From: Eledone cirrhosa
Taxonomy: Eukaryota
Direction of reading: 5' to 3'
DNA: 64,000 nucleotides
NCBI GenBank assembly: GCA_964016885.1
Contig: OZ024761.1
Location: 26,908,001 to 26,972,000 of the forward strand
Shown here: positions 63,545 to 64,000 of the stretch, piece by piece
Numbering within the stretch: position 1 is the first letter of the stretch
Layout of the letters: each line of letters opens with the position of its first letter
Notes under the pieces: generated by a model
What the model was told of the DNA's origin: nothing
The model's database searches: none
The model's input: only the letters and a program-made list of their open reading frames with translations
Position numbers and translations under genes: made by a program

Positions 63545-63800
63545 ATGACGATTATGGCGATGATGATGATGATGTCGATGGCGATGACGATGATGTCAAT
63601 GATGACGATGACGATGATGTTGACGATGATGATGTTGATAATGGTGGCGGTGGTCATGACGACGACGACGTCGATGATGTCGATGAAGTCGATGACGACG
63701 ATGACGATGATGACGATGATGACGATGATGACGATGATGATGATGATGACGACGACGATATCAATGATGTTAACGATGATGATGGTTATGTTGATGACCA
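63545..63800. repeat. (GAT/GAC)n trinucleotide array
   Basis: Directly visible. Confidence 0.9.
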
Positions 63801-64000
63801 TTAAATCGACCTCAGTATTTGTACTTATTTCTATTTTATCGACCTGGGATTGATGAAAGGCAATGGTGATCTTGGCGAGATTTATAACTCTTTGGACTAG
63901 TTATATTTTCCATCATGTTAGGGGTACTAACAATTTTATCTCAGGCGTAACTTCTGACTACAAAACATGAGACTCTGGGGCGAGACTCCAGCCGAGACTT

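Overview
This is a eukaryotic, very AT-rich window dominated by microsatellites. The SINE repertoire and (TA)n/(CA)n density suggest a coleoid cephalopod such as an octopus (inference). Almost all ORFs in the supplied track are artefacts of simple repeats. The real content is tRNA-derived SINEs (CORE-type and Meta-like), decayed RTE and Vingi/Ingi-like LINE fragments, Tc1/mariner-pogo MITEs, many mini- and microsatellites, and one plausible terminal coding exon with an atypical WAP (four-disulfide core) domain at 19431-19564. The most notable hidden signal is a set of at least seven distinct short, ORF-less elements, most sitting in (TA)n tracts, that carry type I hammerhead ribozyme motifs with palindromic helix III loops. 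These resemble Penelope-like pLTRs or retrozymes. Two motifs have complete cores (20253-20292, 26245-26297). Several have unusually large helix II insertions of 46-64 nt, with compensatory changes between copies in one family. Many are fold-back (inverted) insertions. Several families with little other similarity share a TGAGTRCT box about 44 nt (range about 41-54) from their 3' end. All calls come from manual reading, and no database search or folding program was run.
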